Source: Octopus bimaculoides (taxonomy: Eukaryota). Taken from it: 45,480 nucleotides of DNA. The DNA lies in the NCBI RefSeq assembly GCF_001194135.2, contig NC_068988.1, positions 93,269,070 to 93,314,549 on the forward strand, written 5' to 3'. The position numbers and the translations under genes are program-made. Shown piece after piece: positions 23,822 through 35,907 of this stretch. Numbering within the stretch: position 1 is the stretch's first letter; every line of letters begins with the position of its first letter. Below the pieces are notes generated by a model. The model was not told the DNA's origin. It saw only the letters and a program-made list of their open reading frames with translations, and made no database searches.

Positions 23822-24297
23822 TAATCCTTTGACTTTTTTANNNNNNNNNNNNNNNNNNNNNNNNNNNNNNNNNNNNNNNNNNNNNNNNNNNNNNNNNNNN
23901 NNNNNNNNNNNNNNNNNNNNNNNNNNNNNNNNNNNNNNNNNNNNNNNNNNNNNNNNNNNNNNNNNNNNNNNNNNNNNNNNNNNNNNNNNNNNNNNNNNNN
24001 NNNNNNNNNNNNNNNNNNNNNNNNNNNNNNNNNNNNNNNNNNNNNNNNNNNNNNNNNNNNNNNNNNNNNNNNNNNNNNNNNNNNNNNNNNNNNNNNNNNN
24101 NNNNNNNNNNNNNNNNNNNNNNNNNNNNNNNNNNNNNNNNNNNNNNNNNNNNNNNNNNNNNNNNNNNNNNNNNNNNNNNNNNNNNNNNNNNNNNNNNNNN
24201 NNNNNNNNNNNNNNNNNNNNNNNNNNNNNNNNNNNNNNNNNNNNNNNNNNNNNNNNNNNNNNNNNNNNNNNNNAAATGGATGCGTGGCATTCAATCA

Positions 24298-24331
<34 letters not shown>

Positions 24332-24483
24332 TATATATATACACACATACACACGCATATATATATATATTAATAGTAATTAATAGTAGTGGTAAGACAA
24401 CAAAAGAATGAAAGAGACCTCGATATTATGTAAATAGAGGAATTCATCTGTAATATAATATGTGACAATTATTCGGTTGCCAT

Positions 24484-24544
24484 AATAAGACTCCGAGTTT
24501 CGAACGTCGGGGCGGAAACCTGCTCCGGCATCTCTTCAGTTATC
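24484..24544 (-). ncRNA. Type I hammerhead ribozyme motif
   Basis: - strand: GAUAA CUGAAGA GAUGCCGG...CCGACGUUC GAAAC UCGGA GUC/UUAUU. Intact core, GUC triplet, 5-bp stem I, imperfect extended stem II. Confidence 0.75.
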
Positions 24545-25529
24545 TAGGCAATCAAAATATGCTATGAAAATGACTGTTAAACAAAGGGAAATTACTATGT
24601 AATTAATCGTTATTAAGACAAAATAGCTATTAGAATGACCGTTAAGTAAGGGGAAAAACCGAAGTGGGGGGGGGAACTGAAAAGTAAAGAAGTAAAAAAG
24701 CTCATAGCAATCGCGTATGCGCACAAGTACATACACATACGTGCACGCACACCCACGTACATGTGCCTATATGCATATGCTCACTCACACGCATGAAGCT
24801 ACATGCGCACCCACATATACGCCAATAGATGCACATATGCAACCATGCATGTACGTGTATACATATCCACACACGCGCGCACACTCATACGTGCATATAC
24901 CCATACGCGCACATCCAAATGATGAAGCCATAGACTCACGATTCGTCACCTGTTATGACCGTTTTCGTCTTCCAAAAGGTTTTCGTCTTCGACACAATCC
25001 TGCGCAGCTGAAACCCGATCTGCTTTTTGAGACGACCACACTCTACACACTTTCCTTAGCATGGAAAGCGGACGTGAAATGACGAGAAAGGGTGATCTGA
25101 GTGAGATTTGGCAGCTATATTTAACCACGTAGAAGTGCCTTTTTGTTTATCTTTCATACGGTTTTGTCCCAAACAAGGCTTCAAGCCATCGTAGCGTAAG
25201 GGACTACACAAACAAAGAAGAATGGGCCTACGAGTTCAAAAGATGTTGATTGACAGAAAGAAAGCTTAAAAAACTGAATATCGTAAACCAGAGGTAAAGA
25301 AGTCGACGGTAGTGAGTGTCAGAGAACATTGGTTTGAGGAATATAAAGCTTTTAGGATAAAAGGCTTTCTGACGAAAAGAGAAATGGGGAGAGAAGCGGA
25401 TGGCCTGTTTAAGTGTCTTGAGTACTTTTCCTTCTATGTTTAATTGCAAATCGTGTGTAGCTATATACACTTGTATAATAATCTGTAACTTTCATGTGCG
25501 CATGTATAATATATATATATATATATATA

Positions 25530-25711
25530 TCTTTTATCTTTTACTTGTTTCAGTCATTAGACTGCGGCCATGCTGCAGCACCACCGTGAAATCGACCCCA
25601 CTACTTATTTTCATTTCTAAGCCTGGTACTCACTCTTGTGGTTCTTTTGTCGAACCGCTAAGTTACAGGGTCGTAAACAAGCCCATGCTGGCTGTCAAGC
25701 GGTGGTGGAGA

Positions 25712-25773
<62 letters not shown>

Positions 25774-26085
25774 CGGGCTTCTTTTAATTTCCGCCTACCA
25801 AATCCATTCCCAAGGCTTTGATTGATTGAAGCTATAGTAAGTGACACTTGCCCAAGGTACCACGTAGTGGAACTGAACTCAGTTACTGCACAGCTTCACA
25901 CACAGACACACACACACACACACAACAGGCTTCTTTCAGTTTCTGTCTACCACATCCACTCACAAGGCTTTGGTCGGTTTTAAGCTATAGAAGAAACTCA
26001 CCTAAATTGCCACGCAGTGGGACTGAACCCAGAATCGTGTTGTTGGGAAGCCAACTTCTTACCACACAGCCACGCTTGCGCTTGT
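25530..26085 (-). mobile_element. Two tandem SINE family A copies
   Basis: Near-complete copy at 25530-25900 followed by a 5'-half copy at 25925-26085. Confidence 0.75.
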
Positions 26086-26431
26086 ATAAATACACATACA
26101 CACATCGAGTGTAAATGACTATAGCTTTCGATACAAGTTGGTTATGAGAATAACTATCTGGTTTCGGAATCTGATGTCAAGGTCTATCTATCTTGTTTCA
26201 GGATCTGGTGTCAAAATCTGTCTCGTGTCAAAAATTATAAGTTAAAAAAAAACAACTTTAAAATACAGTCCAGATAGTTTCAAACAAAATTATGGAAGGG
26301 GAGACAAGCCTAGAACTTGAATCTATGGTTCAAGCTGGTTCAATTTGATAATACGAAGTAGGACAAAAGCAGAAGGATGCGAAGCCACCAATGGGATAAA
26401 GTTATAGATTTGTAGTGTTTGTAAGGTTTAA

Positions 26432-26621
26432 CCCATTAAGTCCCAGAGTACTTAAATTTTTTTACAGATGATCGAAAGAGGTTAAAAGGAAAAAATTAAT
26501 TATTAAAACTCCTTTACTTCAAGTAGAAATGGAAATACTCGGTGTCCTATAAATAGGACACTGAGACAATGTGATATAGCTTATTTAATGTCCTATTTAT
26601 AGGACAGTGGGACTTAATGGG
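26432..26621. mobile_element. piggyBac-type MITE, family 2 (190 bp)
   Basis: TTAA at 26428-26431 and 26622-26625; perfect 14-bp TIR cccattaagtccca/tgggacttaatggg. Confidence 0.85.
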
Positions 26622-26898
26622 TTAAAGTGTTTTATATATACCTGACGAAATTACACCAAAATATTTGTTGAGTGTAGGAGTCTTAAAGAAAAGTAAGGGT
26701 TTTGCTTCAGATAAAGGGTCTCTAACGACCAAGCCGCGGGCCAGTACCGGGCCGCACAGAAAGAATAAAATTTAAAGCTTTATCTTCTGTTTTATTGCCA
26801 TCACAGTCTGATATATATATATATAAGCAATTATGCGGATAAACAAATTAGACACATCAGATATATTAAACATGTTAAATACAAAATATGTATACATA

Positions 26899-26990
26899 CG
26901 AAGGTGAGTCAAAAAGTGATGCCATTTTGTTTAGGACGGGTATAATTACCAACACAGGAACAGGTATCATACCTCAAAATGAAGCTGGTC
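26899..26990 (+). mobile_element. Mariner-like terminal fragment
   Basis: ta|cgaaggtgagtcaaaaagt resembles mariner TIR starts; no partner TIR found. Confidence 0.35.
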
Positions 26991-27014
26991 CTCTGTGGAT
27001 CACATATAGTTATT

Positions 27015-27255
27015 CTATCGCTCTCTTTGGCTAAAACGCCAAGTTATAGGGACGTAAACACACCAACACCGATGTCAAGAGGTAGTGGGGGACAAACAGA
27101 TACAAAGACACACACATACAACGGGTTTCTCTCAGTTTCCGTCTACCATATCCATTCACAAGACTTTGGTCGGTCTATGGCTATAGTAGAAGGTGCTATG
27201 CAGTGGGACTGAACTCCAAACCATGTGGTTGGTAAGCAGACTTCTTAGCACAGAG
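27015..27255 (-). mobile_element. SINE family A, partial
   Basis: ctatcgctctctttggctaaaacgccaag...ggctatagtagaagg...ccatgtggttggtaagcag. Confidence 0.7.
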
Positions 27256-27599
27256 CCAAGCTGTGTGTTTAATGTGCCCGCGCGTATTTTGTGACATCGA
27301 ATAACATTCTGCAGCCAAATAGGAAGTTTGGAAATCATTAGCTTCAGTGTGAGTTCCTTGAAAACCGTTCTGGAGGAGCAAGTTGGAATTTAATCGGCGA
27401 TGTTTTAAGGACTTGGCGTAACATCTTCACAACGGTACGAATTCTTAACCTTTCGCGTGAAAACGCCTTGTAGTGTGCTAATTCCTGCAGAAAAGCAACA
27501 ATTAAACCCAACCCAATGTAAAGAAGACAAGCAGAAAGTTTGTTTGGATTGGCAGGAAGTGTGTGTGTGTATATATATATATATCTATATATATATATA

Positions 27600-27652
<53 letters not shown>

Positions 27653-28630
27653 NNNNNNNNNNNNNNNNNNNNNNNNNNNNNNNNNNNNNNNNNNNNNNNN
27701 NNNNNNNNNNNNNNNNNNNNNNNNNNNNNNNNNNNNNNNNNNNNNNNNNNNNNNNNNNNNNNNNNNNNNNNNNNNNNNNNNNNNNNNNNNNNNNNNNNNN
27801 NNNNNNNNNNNNNNNNNNNNNNNNNNNNNNNNNNNNNNNNNNNNNNNNNNNNNNNNNNNNNNNNNNNNNNNNNNNNNNNNNNNNNNNNNNNNNNNNNNNN
27901 NNNNNNNNNNNNNNNNNNNNNNNNNNNNNNNNNNNNNNNNNNNNNNNNNNNNNNNNNNNNNNNNNNNNNNNNNNNNNNNNNNNNNNNNNNNNNNNNNNNN
28001 NNNNNNNNNNNNNNNNNNNNNNNNNNNNNNNNNNNNNNNNNNNNNNNNNNNNNNNNNNNNNNNNNNNNNNNNNNNNNNNNNNNNNNNNNNNNNNNNNNNN
28101 NNNNNNNNNNNNNNNNNNNNNNNNNNNNNNNNNNNNNNNNNNNNNNNNNNNNNNNNNNNNNNNNNNNNNNNNNNNNNNNNNNNNNNNNNNNNNNNNNNNN
28201 NNNNNNNNNNNNNNNNNNNNNNNNNNNNNNNNNNNNNNNNNNNNNNNNNNNNNNNNNNNNNNNNNNNNNNNNNNNNNNNNNNNNNNNNNNNNNNNNNNNN
28301 NNNNNNNNNNNNNNNNNNNNNNNNNNNNNNNNNNNNNNNNNNNNNNNNNNNNNNNNNNNNNNNNNNNNNNNNNNNNNNNNNNNNNNNNNNNNNNNNNNNN
28401 NNNNNNNNNNNNNNNNNNNNNNNNNNNNNNNNNNNNNNNNNNNNNNNCTTCCACTAACAACAATTACAAGAAGATACACGGACCAAAGACCGGGAGCCTC
28501 TGTCCAGCCTTGTTTCTAGAAATAGGAGCTAAATCTCCCTACCTCCACTTGAAACCGATCCAACCATTGAAATAACGTCCGAAGCACATGATGCAGTACG
28601 TAAGATACACAGAGACGAGATGGTCATGGT

Positions 28631-28672
28631 TAGTAGTAGTAGTAATAGTAACAGTGGGATTAGTAGTAACAA

Positions 28673-28703
<31 letters not shown>

Positions 28704-28925
28704 GGTGGTGGTGGTGATGGTGGTGGTAGTAGTAGTGGTAGTAGTAGTAATAGTAACAGTGGGATAAGTAGTAACAATAGTAGTAGTAGTAGTAGTGGTG
28801 GTGGTGGTGGTGTTGATGGTGGTGGTAGTAGTAGTGGTAGTAGTAGTAGTAGTAGTAGTGGTAGTAGTAGTGGTGGTAGTAGTAGTAGTAGTACTAGTGG
28901 TAGTAGTAGTGGTGGTGGTGGCGGT
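28631..28925. repeat. Compound (AGT)n/(GGT)n microsatellite with a ~105-bp internal duplication
   Basis: gtagtagtaatagtaacagtggga...agtagtaacaatagtagt...ggtggtg occurs twice. Confidence 0.9.
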
Positions 28926-29842
28926 AGGGCCATTTGCTAACAGATATTTATCTTGCCCGAGTAGTTCCTGCAATTGACTTCCAATGGAGGTTCTAACCAT
29001 GTTATTTCCACTTCTGTTGTCACCGTGCCATTTGTCAGTGGCACTTAGCGTCACCAAAGACATGGTTCTTGACTCCTTCTTTTGACAGTGATTGCATGGT
29101 AGTCACGGAGGTAGTGCGGTGTATGTGTGTGTGTGTGTTGGTTGAAGTAGCTTTTAATCTTTTACTTGTTTCATTCATTGGACAGCGGCCATGCTGAGGC
29201 AGCTCCTTCAACCGTGATCCATATGGCCCTCGTGGGTCCCCATAAGATTTTGTAGTTAAAATTTGTCTGCAACAGATTGGTTATACTTCTAAGAGTACGC
29301 GAAATATTTTAACATTTTTAATACATGGGGCAGGAGTGGCTGTGTGGGAAGGAGCTTGCTTCCCAACCACATGGTTCCGGGTTCGGTCCCACTGCGTGGC
29401 GCCTTGGGTATATGTCTTCTACTATAGCCTTGTTACTTAATTGCTTTATATATANNNNNNNNNNNNNNNNNNNNNNNNNNNNNNNNNNNNNNNNNNNNNN
29501 NNNNNNNNNNNNNNNNNNNNNNNNNNNNNNNNNNNNNNNNNNNNNNNNNNNNNNNNNNNNNNNNNNNNNNNNNNNNNNNNNNNNNNNNNNNNNNNNNNNN
29601 NNNNNNNNNNNNNNNNNNNNNNNNNNNNNNNNNNNNNNNNNNNNNNNNNNNNNNNNNNNNNNNNNNNNNNNNNNNNNNNNNNNNNNNNNNNNNNNNNNNN
29701 NNNNNNNNNNNNNNNNNNNNNNNNNNNNNNNNNNNNNNNNNNNNNNNNNNNNNNNNNNNNNNNNNNNNNNNNNNNNNNNNNNNNNNNNNNNNNNNNNNNN
29801 NNNNNNNNNNNNNNNNNNNNNNNNNNNNNNNNNNNNNNNNNN

Positions 29843-30222
29843 CTTTTACTTGTTTCAGTCATTTGACTGCGGCCATGCTGGAGCACCGCCTTTTAGTCGA
29901 GCAAATCGACCCCAGGACTTATTCTTTGTTAGCCTAGTACTTATTCTATCGGTCTCTTTTGCCAAACCGCTAAGTTACGGGGACGTAAACACACCAGTAT
30001 CGGTTGTCAAGCGATGTTGGGGGGACAAACACAGACACACACACATACACATATATATATATACATATATATACGACGGGCTTCTTTCAGTTTCCGTCTA
30101 CCAAATCCACTCACAAGGCTTTGGTCGGCCCGAGGCTATAGTAGAAGACACTTGCCCAAGATGCCATGCAGTGGGACTGAACCCGGAACCATATGGTTGG
30201 TAAGCAAGCTACTTACCACACA
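29843..30222 (-). mobile_element. SINE family A, full-length
   Basis: Very close to the 4385-4779 copy. An opposite-orientation head lies at 29325-29430. Confidence 0.85.
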
Positions 30223-30327
30223 TATATATTCATATATATATGTTCATATATATGTGCATATATATATACATATATATGTGTATACTTACCGGTACATACA
30301 TACATACATACATACATCATATACACA

Positions 30328-30718
30328 TAATAGCGACAGAAACACTTAATATTCAAAGGCGTTGAATCCAACTTAATGTGGAGATTGTGTTAGAACACAG
30401 GATACTACACTCTTATTTATATCGTTGATAGACGACGATCGTCTACAACGGCTGCCAGAACAGCCAGATCACGTCATTTCGCCTTGCCATGAACTCCTCA
30501 GTGGCAGACGTCAGGTAGCTGCATTACAACCAAATCTCTCCGTCAAAAATATATAGATTTTCAGTGCCTATTCAGTCACTATGCAGTTTCACAAATAGCC
30601 AGCAGGCTTATTAAAGAATAATTAATAGCGACAGAAACAGTATCAATATCAGAAGGTGTTCTTTATCTCGAACTTAACGTGGATGCCGTGTTAGAACGCA
30701 GAATACTGGATTATTTAT
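30328..30718 (-). repeat. Direct repeat (~92 bp, 295-bp period) flanking a hammerhead-containing unique segment
   Basis: taatagcgacagaaaca...aacttaa.gtgga...gtgttagaac.ca..atact...ttatttat at 30328-30420 and 30623-30718. Confidence 0.8.
30463..30505 (-). ncRNA. Minimal type I hammerhead ribozyme motif
   Basis: - strand: GCCA CUGAGGA GUU-CAUGGCAA-GGC GAAA UGACGUG AUC/UGGC. Intact core, 4-bp stem I, weak stem II (G-C plus two U-G), near-palindromic stem III. Confidence 0.7.
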
Positions 30719-30756
30719 CTTGAGAGGACCTCTCATATGAACTCAGAAAAACATTC

Positions 30757-30804
<48 letters not shown>

Positions 30805-31506
30805 NNNNNNNNNNNNNNNNNNNNNNNNNNNNNNNNNNNNNNNNNNNNNNNNNNNNNNNNNNNNNNNNNNNNNNNNNNNNNNNNNNNNNNNNNNNNNNNN
30901 NNNNNNNNNNNNNNNNNNNNNNNNNNNNNNNNNNNNNNNNNNNNNNNNNNNNNNNNNNNNNNNNNNNNNNNNNNNNNNNNNNNNNNNNNNNNNNNNNNNN
31001 NNNNNNNNNNNNNNNNNNNNNNNNNNNNNNNNNNNNNNNNNNNNNNNNNNNNNNNNNNNNNNNNNNNNNNNNNNNNNNNNNNNNNNNNNNNNNNNNNNNN
31101 NNNNNNNNNNNNNNNNNNNNNNNNNNNNNNNNNNNNNNNNNNNNNNNNNNNNNNNNNNNNNNNNNNNNNNNNNNNNNNNNNNNNNNNNNNNNNNNNNNNN
31201 NNNNNNNNNNNNNNNNNNNNNNNNNNNNNNNNNNNNNNNNNNNNNNNNNNNNNNNNNNNNNNNNNNNNNNNNNNNNNNNNNNNNNNNNNNNNNNNNNNNN
31301 NNNNNNNNNNNNNNNNNNNNNNNNNNNNNNNNNNNNNNNNNNNNNNNNNNNNNNNNNNNNNNNNNNNNNNNNNNNNNNNNNNNNNNNNNNNNNNNNNNNN
31401 NNNNNNNNNNNNNNNNNNNNNNNNNNNNNNNNNNNNNNNNNNNNNNNNNNNNNNNNNNNNNNNNNNNNNNNNNNNNNNNNNNNNNNNNNNNNNNNNNNNN
31501 NNNNNN

Positions 31507-31551
<45 letters not shown>

Positions 31552-31639
31552 ACATGTGTATGTATGTATGGATGTATGTAAGTGTATATGCATGTAATGC
31601 ATGTGTGTGCGCGTATGCATGTATTGATATGCATTTATA

Positions 31640-31785
31640 TTACTCTTTTACTCTTTTACTTGTTTCAGTCATTTGACTGCGGCCATGCTGGAGCACCGCC
31701 TTTAATCGAATCAAACCGACCCCAGGACTTATTCTTTGTAAGCCTAGTACTTATTCTATCGGTCTCTTTTTGCCGAACTGCAAAA
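31640..31785 (-). mobile_element. SINE family A, 3' part
   Basis: tactcttttactcttttacttgtttcagtcatttgactgcggccatgctggagcacc...tttgccgaactg. Confidence 0.75.
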
Positions 31786-32806
31786 AGTATATGTGTGTAT
31801 GTATGCATGTGTGTATATATATATGCATGTATGCTTGTGTATGTAATGCTTGTGTATGTATGTATGTTTGTATATATATATATATATAAGTGTATGTGTG
31901 TGTAAATATATAGACTCAAGCACTTACAAATATACGCTCATAAACACACACACGTGCATAGGTATATATACATATCCTCATATGCGTAGATAATGCGTTT
32001 TCCCTTAAGATAGAAAGGCAGAAATGCATGTTGACTGATACGGTGCANNNNNNNNNNNNNNNNNNNNNNNNNNNNNNNNNNNNNNNNNNNNNNNNNNNNN
32101 NNNNNNNNNNNNNNNNNNNNNNNNNNNNNNNNNNNNNNNNNNNNNNNACTTACCCTTCAATGTCATTCTAAAAAGCGCGTTTCTTAACTCCACAGCCACA
32201 TCTGTATATGTATTGTTTTACTAATATTTTTTCGATCTAGTTTTGTTTCATATTGTGTGATGTAAAACATTATAAATGCTCTTTGTTGTAAATGCATGGT
32301 GAGGCGCCAGCAGAGTATAGTCCTTTTATGGCCAGTGTAACAACTGGAGTCATGAAGTTTGTAACTTTCACGTTTGCAATCAAATTTACAAATTATATTC
32401 TTCATAAGCAACTTATTTGCAAGATAACAGATTTGTGGTTTTGTTATTGATAAGAAGCTTTTAAATCTTATTACTTTTATAGTATATTATTAGCGCTAGT
32501 TTATAATTTGACGTAAAATATTTTGTGATCTGTTTTATGAGATGTTTTTGTTCTAATAGATTTGATTAAGATAATGCTTTTGATGTGTGTTTTGTGTATT
32601 TTTGATAGTTGTAGTGTCTGATGTATTTATTACCTTCTAGTTATTTCATGTCTTGGTTTATTTGTTATAATAAACGTTGTTGATTAGGTTCCGTTTTATT
32701 TCGTGGATTTATTTGTTACTTCGCCTGTAGAAGAGAAAATCTAAATGCTCTTGTGACATATGTATGTTAAATATATATATACATACATACATATATATAT
32801 ACATAC

Positions 32807-32871
<65 letters not shown>

Positions 32872-33611
32872 AGAGATAATGAATGTGTGTATTTGTAATA
32901 TATAGAAGTGCGTTGATAGGGAGAGATAGAAAGAGAAAAAGAGGGTGTAGGAGGAGAAGAGGGGAGGGCGATGTGATGCGAACGGTCGACATACGTGTGT
33001 CTGTTTAAAGAGAGAAAAAGCCAGTTTAAAAGTTTTAGCGATAATCGTCACATGAATGTTAAATTCTATGTGCAAACATCTAAACTTTCACACTTTACCT
33101 TAGATTAGCTGGCCACCCGCAGTGAAGAGATGTATCCCTGCTCCCTATATTTTTCGGTATACAACAAGCCCCCGTTTAAATAAAACTTCCTGAGGAAATT
33201 AAGATTTTCCAGGGCTATGCGAACTGCAGTGATCATGAATGAAAATGTTTGTAGATTTAGCCGTGTCGCAACAGGGGACGTGAAGGGGGCAGTTGTCCTC
33301 TTGGTGCTGGTGTGAAGGGATACGAAATTTATGCTTATACCTGTTAAATATAAAAGGAACTGACAAAAGTGTATTTGGTCAGAACCTTTGCTAATGTCCT
33401 ATGTAAATCCTTAACCCTTACCAGAAGCGGTGTGGTCGAGTGGATAAGGCATCTGCTTGCGTCCCCTTTTGTTGGTCATAAGATCAAATATCCTACGAAA
33501 ATTATGTATTATTTTTAAAAAATGATTCGTGAACAACAAAATAAAGACATATAACTGGGACAAGTCTCGAGGCTTCATTTCAAGGTTTTTATGGAAAAAT
33601 TACTGCTTTGG

Positions 33612-33922
33612 AATTCAACCCCAGTACTTACTTTTTAAGCCTGATACTTATTCTATCGGTCTTTTTTTGCCGTACCGCTAAGTTACAGGGTCGTAAACAC
33701 ACCAACACCAGTTGCCAAGCAGTGGTGGGGAACAAATACAGACTCACACACAAATATATATACACACATAAATGCAGTTTCTATCTGCCAAATCCACTCA
33801 CAAGGCTTTGGTCGGCCCAAGGCTATAGTAGAAGACACTTGCCCAAGGTTCCAAGCAGTGGGGCTGAACCCGGAACCATGTGGCTGGTAAGCAAACTTCT
33901 TGCCACAAAGCCACGCCTGCGC
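33612..33922 (-). mobile_element. SINE family A
   Basis: accccagtacttac...ggctatagtagaagacacttgcccaagg...gccacgcctgcgcc. Confidence 0.75.
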
Positions 33923-35679
33923 CTAGTGGTGTCTTATCCATGAAAAGCGTTTGGATATTGGCAGGCTTTCACCCACAAATACTCTACAACTATCATCGCA
34001 CCAACTCCTTGTTTCATCCTTCTGTTCTTTCTTCTATACGGCAACTGTTTCATCTCTTCTGAACCAACAGTCAAGTTGGCTACGCCAGTTTCAGCCCCTG
34101 CTTCTTCTCCTTTCTCTTGTAAATTCTACCGTAGCCCTTCCACAAAACTCTGCATTAAGCTTTTTATCTAATCCTTCCCTCTCAGAACTCTAGCCTCATA
34201 GAAGTTACCTCGGGGCCATATTTTATCTGCAGACACTAGCCTCCGGAAATTCATGTTACGCGTCAATTGTAACCACGTCACCGGTTTGGAAATGTCTGAA
34301 AATGTGCAGCCTAGTCCTGAGTGCACATCTCCCATGNNNNNNNNNNNNNNNNNNNNNNNNNNNNNNNNNNNNNNNNNNNNNNNNNNNNNNNNNNNNNNNN
34401 NNNNNNNNNNNNNNNNNNNNNNNNNNNNNNNNNNNNNNNNNNNNNNNNNNNNNNNNNNNNNNNNNNNNNNNNNNNNNNNNNNNNNNNNNNNNNNNNNNNN
34501 NNNNNNNNNNNNNNNNNNNNNNNNNNNNNNNNNNNNNNNNNNNNNNNNNNNNNNNNNNNNNNNNNNNNNNNNNNNNNNNNNNNNNNNNNNNNNNNNNNNN
34601 NNNNNNNNNNNNNNNNNNNNNNNNNNNNNNNNNNNNNNNNNNNNNNNNNNNNNNNNNNNNNNNNNNNNNNNNNNNNNNNNNNNNNNNNNNNNNNNNNNNN
34701 NNNNNNNNNNNNNNNNNNNNNNNNNNNNNNNNNNNNNNNNNNNNNNNNNNNNNNNNNNNNNNNNNNNNNNNNNNNNNNNNNNNNNNNNNNNNNNNNNNNN
34801 NNNNNNNNNNNNNNNNNNNNNNNNNNNNNNNNNNNNNNNNNNNNNNNNNNNNNNNNNNNNNNNNNNNNNNNNNNNNNNNNNNNNNNNNNNGAAACAAGTA
34901 AAAGAGTAATATTTAATCTTAAATGATAAAAAATAGGAGTTTTTAGACATCGAATGACCACGAAGGTCCACCCGAGGAAAATAGGAATAAAAAGAGTTCA
35001 TCGGTAAAAAAAAAAATGGTTGAGAACCATTACTCTCAGTAGAGGAATATATAGGGGTGAATACATAGGGGTGAATAACAAAAGTTCTGTGGAAATGACG
35101 TTTGTTCAGTTAGTTTCCTGAGTTCAATATTTCCCTTAGAACTTTCTTCTAAGCTGCAATTCAAGGAAAAAACTTTAACTAACTCACACATTATAAGAAC
35201 ATTTGAAGTTATTTGAGTTCCCGATACATCTACCATGAAACCAGAACAAGAGATGGCTTACGTATTAATTCTATTTATAAACTATATTTAAATATAAACC
35301 CAAGATTTTATTACACTTTTTGTCATATCGGGTATATAACACATTTGATGGATATTGTCGAATTGGATATGCTGTAACCCAAGACAAATGACTGAAATAA
35401 AAGCCCAAAAAAGACAAAGACTAGAGTGACGGTCACGTGTGATATGATTTCCACAGACAGCGCTAAAAACCATTTTGAGAAAAGAACACAAATAATATTA
35501 AAACAGGTTTAGATTCATGGATTAAACCGAAGTTCCTTTATGTATCTTTTACACGAAACTAAGAAATTATGTTAAAGTGTTCTTGTTTTAAAAAATCGTA
35601 GGAAATGTGACACGGAAGTCACTGAGTCATTTGCAGATTTTCTGTGAAAAATAGAAAAATAGATGTATGCTGGCACACA

Positions 35680-35751
<72 letters not shown>

Positions 35752-35824
35752 CGACTGCATATGTACACATGTATAGGTATATGGGTACAGTTATAGCTGT
35801 ATGGTTAAGAAACCCGTCGTATAC

Positions 35825-35896
<72 letters not shown>

Positions 35897-35907
35897 ATGT
35901 ATGTATA

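Noticed and set aside
27344-27484. - strand acceptor followed by ELAHYKAFSRERLRIRTVVKMLRQVLK...
   Set aside because: The frame closes after 46 codons, with no donor or recognisable homology.
33424-33500. tRNA-Ser/Leu-like start gcggtgtggtcgagtggataaggc
   Set aside because: No cloverleaf, degenerate B box and an internal TTTT; at most a decayed SINE head.
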